DNA from: Octopus vulgaris
Taxonomy: Eukaryota
Reading direction: 5' to 3'
DNA: 64,000 bases
Assembly: GCA_951406725.2 (NCBI GenBank)
Contig: OX597817.1
Coordinates: 77,562,001-77,626,000, forward strand
Shown one piece after another: positions 54,546 through 64,000 of this stretch. The translations under genes were made by a program, and so were the position numbers. The stretch's first letter is position 1. The number at the start of each line of letters is the position of its first letter. Under the pieces are notes generated by a model. It was not told the DNA's origin and searched no databases. It worked only from the letters and a program-made list of their open reading frames with translations.

Positions 54546-55099
54546 AAAAATAGAAGTAGATATGCGTGCATGTGTGTGTGTGTGTGTGTGTGTGTGTGAG
54601 TATACATTCACACACATATATAAATATAAATGTATGTATATGTATATGTACGTTTGCGTGTATGTAAGCATGTATGTATGTATGTATGCATGTATGTATG
54701 TATCTATCTATCTCATATCTATATCAATCTGACTATATATATATACATACATACATATGTATATATATATATATGTATGTATGTATGTATATTTGTATAC
54801 ATGTATTTATATTTTACTTATACACGTGTGTTGTGTGTGTATATACACATACACACTCACACACATGTATATGTGTGCATGTAGGCATGCCTGCGCATGA
54901 GTGCGTTCGCGTAATCGATGGTTATTCCAGCATGTGAATAAAGTTACTTCATTTTTAATGAGTTTTCTACTGTTTAAAACGATTTAACAGACAGACACAC
55001 AAACACACACACACACACATACGCACACACACACACAGAGGCATATATGCACGTATGTGTGTTTACGCATGTATATTTTTCTATTCGTATGTGCATGTT

Positions 55100-55147
<48 letters not shown>

Positions 55148-55439
55148 CGCACACGCACCTACATACGGGATTCTCCCTAAACACATTTCCTTTTAAATTC
55201 TACTTTCACTTTCAAATAAACCCCTTTAAAACAAAACATCTAGTTCTCTATGGTCGCACATTTTGTGGCCATAAATATTAACCCAGAGTGGGTGAGCAAG
55301 CGTATGATGCTGATATTCTTGCTGTGCCATCCAAAATTGGCCCTGATCAAACAGAGCAAAGTTTAAAAGCATTCCTTATCACGACCATCCTAGCTTATTT
55401 TTCAGGCTGCGTATCTTTTATCTCTTATTTTTTAATCTG

Positions 55440-56755
<1,316 letters not shown>

Positions 56756-56929
56756 AATATATATATAATAAAAAAATTATATATAAAAAAAATAAATAAA
56801 TAAGGAATTCAGGACTGTATTTGTCTAGTTTAAGACAATAGAAGACATGTGATTTGAGAGAGATTTGGTTGCTATTTCTAACACATCGTTCGACCACTTA
56901 AAGTATCTGTTAATTTATTTGCAAGGGAA

Positions 56930-57480
56930 GGCGGTGAGCTGGCACAAACGTTAGCACGCCGGGCGAAATGCTTAGCCGTACTTTGTCTGCCGTTACGTTC
57001 TGAGTTCGAATTCCGCCGAACTTAAATAAGTACCAGTTACGCACTGGGGTCGATATAATCGACTTAATCAGTTTGTCTGTCCTTGTTTGTCCTCTCTGTA
57101 TTTAGCCCCTTGTGGGTAGTAAAGAAATAGGTATTTCGTCTGCCGCTACGTTCTGAGTTCAAATTCCGCCGAGGTCGACTTTGCTTTTTATCCTTTCGGG
57201 GTCGGTAAATTAAGTACCAGTTACGCACGGGGGTCGATGTAATCGACTTAATCCATTTGTCTGTCCTTGTTTGTCCCTTCTGTGTTTAGCCCCTTGTGGG
57301 TAGTAAAGAAATAGGTATTTCGTCTGCAACTACGTTCTGAGTTCAAATTCCGCCGAGGTCGATTTATCCTTTCAGGGTCGATACATTTAGTACCAGATGC
57401 GTACTGTGGTCCATCTAATCGACAAGCCCCTCCCCTTCCCCCAAAATTTCCGGTTTTGTGCCCGGGGTAGAAAAGAATTT
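56930..57480 (+). mobile_element. Head-to-tail trimer of family B SINE
   Basis: One head followed by ~185-bp units joined by aaagaaatag|gtatttcgtctgc at ~57130 and ~57314. Confidence 0.9.
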
Positions 57481-57959
57481 ACTCGCAGTGATTATTCGGC
57501 AAGATGCTAGATATATTTAAAAAAAAAAAAAACACAAAAAAAAGACTAAACAAACAAAAACACACTAAAAAGTTTCCGTGATCTCCATGCTACTATACTC
57601 AAGGCTACACAGCAGGAACAACAGCAGCAGCAGCAGCAACAGTAACAGCAGCAACAGCAACAGCAGCAGCAATGAAAACAGCAGCAGAAATAGTTGTTAC
57701 AGCAGCAGCATAGATGAAAGTGAAGAGGGTGGTGCATCTGTCAAGTGAAACCAAAGCGAAGATCGTGGTCTCAGGTTCGTGTTGAGGTGAGATGAAGCTA
57801 TACGATTGTATTCTATTTCTCCTATATCATTTACCACCACAACCACATATGTATAGACACATACATGTACACACACACACACACATACACACACACACAC
57901 ATACACACACACACACACACACATATACACACTACTTTTTACATTGCTTTCTATATCAC

Positions 57960-58865
57960 TTTGACTCTGTCGTTCATTTTTTTCTTTTCTTCTCACATTA
58001 TTTTCTTTTCTTTTCGCATTTTTTCTTTCTTTTCATCATTTTTTTCGCTTTCATTCCTTCTCTCGTTACTTTATTTTCCCTCCGTCTTTCTTTCATTCTT
58101 TCTTCCGTTCTTGCTATCGTGTCCCCGTCTCAAATTTCATTTTTCCTTTCTTTTTGTCAGTCTTTCTTTCCTTCTTCCCTTCCTTCTTTCTTCTCATGTT
58201 TCTTTCTGTCTGTCTGCCTGTCTTCCATTTTTTTGTTTTTCATCATGTTCATTCATTCATTCATTCATTCATTCATTCATTCATTATTTACTTTCCTCTC
58301 TTTCCCTTTTCTTTATTTCATTCATTCATTCTTTCTTACTTTCCTTCTTTTACAATTTTTTACTCACCCCCTCTCTCTTTATTTTCCTTCTTTCCTTCCA
58401 ACATTTTCCAGTTAGTTTCATTTTCCTTGTTTCTTTCGTTTTTATTTTATTTCCTTTTCTCTTTCATTCGTTTCTCCTTCCCCCTGTAATTTCTGCCTTT
58501 ATTTACTCTTTCTTCCTTCCTTCCAAACCATTTTTTATTATTATTTAGGAGTTCCTTCATATATTTTCTCTCTTTTTATCAATTTCTTTGTTTCTTTCCT
58601 TCTTCAAAAACAAATTCTTTTTGCATTTCTTTCTTTCTTTTATTTCTTTTCTCCTTCTTCCTTCACTCCTTCAGACTTCAACCGTTTGTTTATATAGTCC
58701 TTCATTCCATTGTTTGTTCTTTTCTTTCTTTCTTTGTCTTCCTATCATATTTTCGTCCTTTTTTTTCTGTCTATCTCTTTATCTTCTTTCATTCTGTCTT
58801 CCTTCTCTTCTGTCTTTCTTCTTTCGTCGACTCCTAATCTCTCTTTTTCTTTTTCTTTATTTTTT

Positions 58866-58901
<36 letters not shown>

Positions 58902-59190
58902 TCATTCATTCTTTTATTCTTTCATTCTGTCTTCCTTCTCTTCTTTTTTTCCTTCTTTCTTGTTTCCCTTCCATCTTCCTGTCTATCTTTCAATCTTTCC
59001 CTTTCATCCATCCAATCTTTCATTCTGTCTTCTTTCTTTTTGTCTTTCTTCTTTCCATTCTGTCTCTCTTTCTTTGTGCCTATCTCTCTCTTTTCCTTTT
59101 TCTTTCCTTTTTTCTTTCTTTCCTTTTTTCTTTCTTTCTTTCTTTCTTTTTTTCTTTCTTTCTTTCTTTCTTTCTTTCTCTCTCCTTCAA
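57960..59190. repeat. 1.2-kb polypyrimidine (TTTC/TTC/TTCA) tract
   Basis: Direct reading. Confidence 0.9.
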
Positions 59191-59499
59191 GTCTATGATG
59201 TCACCATTTCTTATCGGGTAAACCTGACCCCACTAAAATCTATGACCCTCATGGGCAATCATCGTAAATCATCCGTTATCTAATTCATTTTGCTTCATAT
59301 TCTACATTCATGTAGGTCCCAATCATGTACACTTATATCCAACTCCATTCCAGCCGTGTCAAACACAACGATTTTATCACAAACTTTATCTAAACTTTAT
59401 CAAATGAGACCCTCCTCTATAAAAACGTAGTGGGAGATTTTGCTGCTATTTCTAGCACACCATGCGACCAGGAAGAAGCTTCTTAGATGATTCTTTTAG

Positions 59500-59710
59500 T
59501 TTTTTACTTGTCTCAGTCATTAAAATGTGGCTATACTGGGGCAAAACCTTGAACAGTTATTAGTTGAAGAAATCGACTCCCGTACATTTTTCTAAAACCT
59601 GGCACTTATTTTACAAGTCTTTTTTGTAGAACTACTACGTTAGAGGGATGTAAATACACCAACGCCGGTTGTCAAGCGGTGGAGGAGGTAAATCACAGAT
59701 TCAGACAAAC
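59500..59710 (-). mobile_element. Family A SINE 3' half, diverged
   Basis: tacttgtctcagtcatt...acaccaacgccggttgtcaagcgg. Confidence 0.7.
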
Positions 59711-59728
59711 ACACACACGCACACAAAT

Positions 59729-59814
<86 letters not shown>

Positions 59815-59873
59815 GTCTGTCTGTCTGTCCGTCTATCTGTCTATCTACCTATCTACCTATCATGTGTGTGTGT

Positions 59874-59959
<86 letters not shown>

Positions 59960-59963
59960 GTAT

Positions 59964-60001
<38 letters not shown>

Positions 60002-60228
60002 CTGTGAATAAACATGAGTGTATATATACCACAGCTATATGTATACACATAAACACACACACTATCACACACACACACACACACACACATATGTAAATAG
60101 ATGCATACATACATGCAAACAAATGCACATACATACACACACACAGATATATATATATACACACACACGCCCCCTCCCCATATATATATGTAAATAGATG
60201 CATACATATATGCAAACAAATATATATG

Positions 60229-60312
<84 letters not shown>

Positions 60313-60622
60313 CTAATACACACACACACACATATATATATACACAAATATATGTATACTCACTGAATAGATATGTATATGTTTGGGTGTGTGTGAGAGG
60401 AGAACGTATCGTATACGGTTAGATATGTCTATATTTTAAAAAGGTATGTACAACTATATATGCATATACATATATATGTGTGTGTGTATGTATTCATGTA
60501 TGCATCTATCTATATATACATGTATGTATGTACGTATGTATGTATATAAGTTTGTATGTATCTATCTGTGTATATATGTACATATATATATTATGTATAT
60601 ACATGCATATTAGTGATATGCA

Positions 60623-60685
<63 letters not shown>

Positions 60686-60716
60686 GGTGTATATGTATAT
60701 ATATATATATATATAT

Positions 60717-60772
<56 letters not shown>

Positions 60773-60920
60773 TCAAAACACACACATCTTGATAATAACA
60801 AACAACAATAAAGAAAAGAAATGATACATGCATAAATATATCTATACATATATAAACATGCATACGTCTGCGTGTGTATGCATACATACATATATATATA
60901 TACACATGCACACACATATA

Positions 60921-60955
<35 letters not shown>

Positions 60956-61203
60956 GTATATGTGTGTCTATGTACATTCCTACATGCTCACAGCCACACA
61001 CGAATCCACCATATGTACACACATGTAAATACATAATATACATCCATGCTCATATATGAAAAATGAAAATATGTGTGTATATGTCTATGTTTTTGATGGC
61101 CTGTATCCAAATTTTGCATATGACCTATACGGGAATGTTTATCTATGCTCTGAGTGTATATCTGAGAATAGTATTAAGCATGTATTTACATATGTACATA
61201 TAC

Positions 61204-61234
<31 letters not shown>

Positions 61235-61411
61235 TGTATGTATGTATGTATGTATGTATGTATGTATGTATGTATGTATGTATGTATGTATGTATGTATG
61301 TATGTATGTATGTATGTATGCATGTATGTATGTATGTATGTATGTATCTATCTCCCTACATATATGAATACATACATGCATAAAGAGATATATAAAGGCA
61401 TACATATACAC

Positions 61412-61458
<47 letters not shown>

Positions 61459-61535
61459 TACAAATACATAAATATATATATACCTATAAACGCATACATA
61501 CACACACACACATATATATATATATATACATATAA

Positions 61536-61598
<63 letters not shown>

Positions 61599-61870
61599 TA
61601 TACATACATACATACACACACACACATATATATACATATATATATATGCATATATATATATGTATATATATGCATATATAAATACATCACCTGCCTTCAT
61701 CTTTTGTCTATTTTCATAAAGCTTCCCGTTATATACATATATATATAAACATACATACATACATATATACATATACATACATACATACACACACACATAT
61801 ATATATATACATACATACAGATGCATATATTTACATACATACATACATACATATATACATACATACTTAC

Positions 61871-61924
<54 letters not shown>

Positions 61925-61957
61925 TATATATATATATATATTTATATATATACACAG

Positions 61958-61992
<35 letters not shown>

Positions 61993-62390
61993 AATATGTA
62001 GATAGACATATATAGGCATATAGGAATGCATGTATAAGTACGTTAATCTGTTTGAATACATGTGTATGCATATACACATCTCATTATGTAATTCGTCTTT
62101 TGTACATATATATGTATATATATCAATTTACTTATATGTACAGGAGATTCTGTTCATCAATGCATATATTGCTAGTTCGTGTGTAGATATCACCTGGCAA
62201 TTTTAAGTTTGAGATTGCACACAAAAATTAACACCCAGGAACATAACACATCCCCATAAAGTTTGTGAGGCATAATCAATACACACACACACACACACAC
62301 ACACGTACGTACACAGAGTAATTTGGATTAATGCCAATGTGTATACAATACAAACACTTACATACACATAATATATATCTATATCTATCA

Positions 62391-62464
<74 letters not shown>

Positions 62465-62504
62465 ATATATATATATATATAAGTGCAAATGTATGTATGT
62501 ATAA

Positions 62505-62550
<46 letters not shown>

Positions 62551-62677
62551 ATAATAATAATAATATTTAGGCTACCTTGACATGCATAGTGATGTAAACA
62601 AACCAACAATGTTTAACAGGCAGTGATCTGGGGAAAAACACAAACACATGTATACATATATATTATATGTGTATATA

Positions 62678-62730
<53 letters not shown>

Positions 62731-62811
62731 TAATATGTATATATATATATATATATGTGTGTGTATGCATGTATAGGTGTATGCATGTATATATATATAT
62801 ATATATATATA

Positions 62812-63033
62812 AACAGAAAGAAACAATGAACAACAACGTAACAGGTGACAACAAAACGTCTGGACAGTTAGATGATACAAAAATGTACAGGACAAAACAA
62901 TGACAAGTCATTCGGGGCTTTTTCTCTTCAGTCGAGATCCAGACCATCATAGAAGTTTTGGCTGGTTACACTTGAGATTGCTCCACTCTGACTAGTCCCA
63001 AGAAAATCTAAGCTAAGAGCACTAGATTCTTCA
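62812..63033 (-). mobile_element. Second copy of the 11577-11745 repeat
   Basis: Shared motifs; extends further (gagattgctcca...ctaagctaagagcactagattc). Confidence 0.55.
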
Positions 63034-63079
63034 GAAAAAAATATATATATACATAGTCACACACACAGACACACACACG

Positions 63080-63139
<60 letters not shown>

Positions 63140-63209
63140 TACACAGATTTGTGAATGTATATGTGCAGAGGAATATATATATACATATATATGTATATAC
63201 ATATATACA

Positions 63210-63250
<41 letters not shown>

Positions 63251-63262
63251 ACACATATATAT

Positions 63263-63900
<638 letters not shown>

Positions 63901-63932
63901 CTGGAGGATATTTATATATATAAGCACATACA

Positions 63933-63996
<64 letters not shown>

Positions 63997-64000
63997 ACCA

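Noticed and set aside
57610-57750. (CAG)n-rich poly-Q/S-like stretch
   Set aside because: Short, bounded by stops, no splice context; trinucleotide microsatellite.
59192-59217. Possible 26-nt microexon after the long polypyrimidine tract
   Set aside because: AG and GT dinucleotides occur by chance, the donor is weak and no partner exons are visible.

Overview
AT-rich metazoan genomic DNA with no host protein-coding exon that I can support. It is probably intergenic or deep intronic. The repeat content (CORE-, V- and Meta-domain tRNA-SINEs plus extreme microsatellite density) resembles an octopod cephalopod genome; this is an inference. Almost every ORF in the supplied track is a translation of (TA)n, (CA)n, (TATG)n, (GATA)n or trinucleotide repeats. 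The window holds about 25 copies or fragments of a CORE-type SINE and about 20 of a Meta-domain SINE, including two tandem arrays. It also holds V-domain SINEs, four related non-autonomous Helitrons (two head-to-tail), a Helentron/HINE-like end, and mariner, hAT and CACTA MITEs. Decayed retrotransposon coding remnants are a Penelope GIY-YIG endonuclease, two R4/Dong-type C-termini and an RTE-clade C-terminus. The most notable signal is a set of minimal type I hammerhead-ribozyme-like motifs in several unrelated small repeats. One set sits in a fold-back (palindromic) element family. Another lies in a Penelope 3' region that also carries a tRNA-derived Pol III promoter. Coordinates were read by eye and are approximate by a few bases; family assignments come from motif recognition, not database searches.
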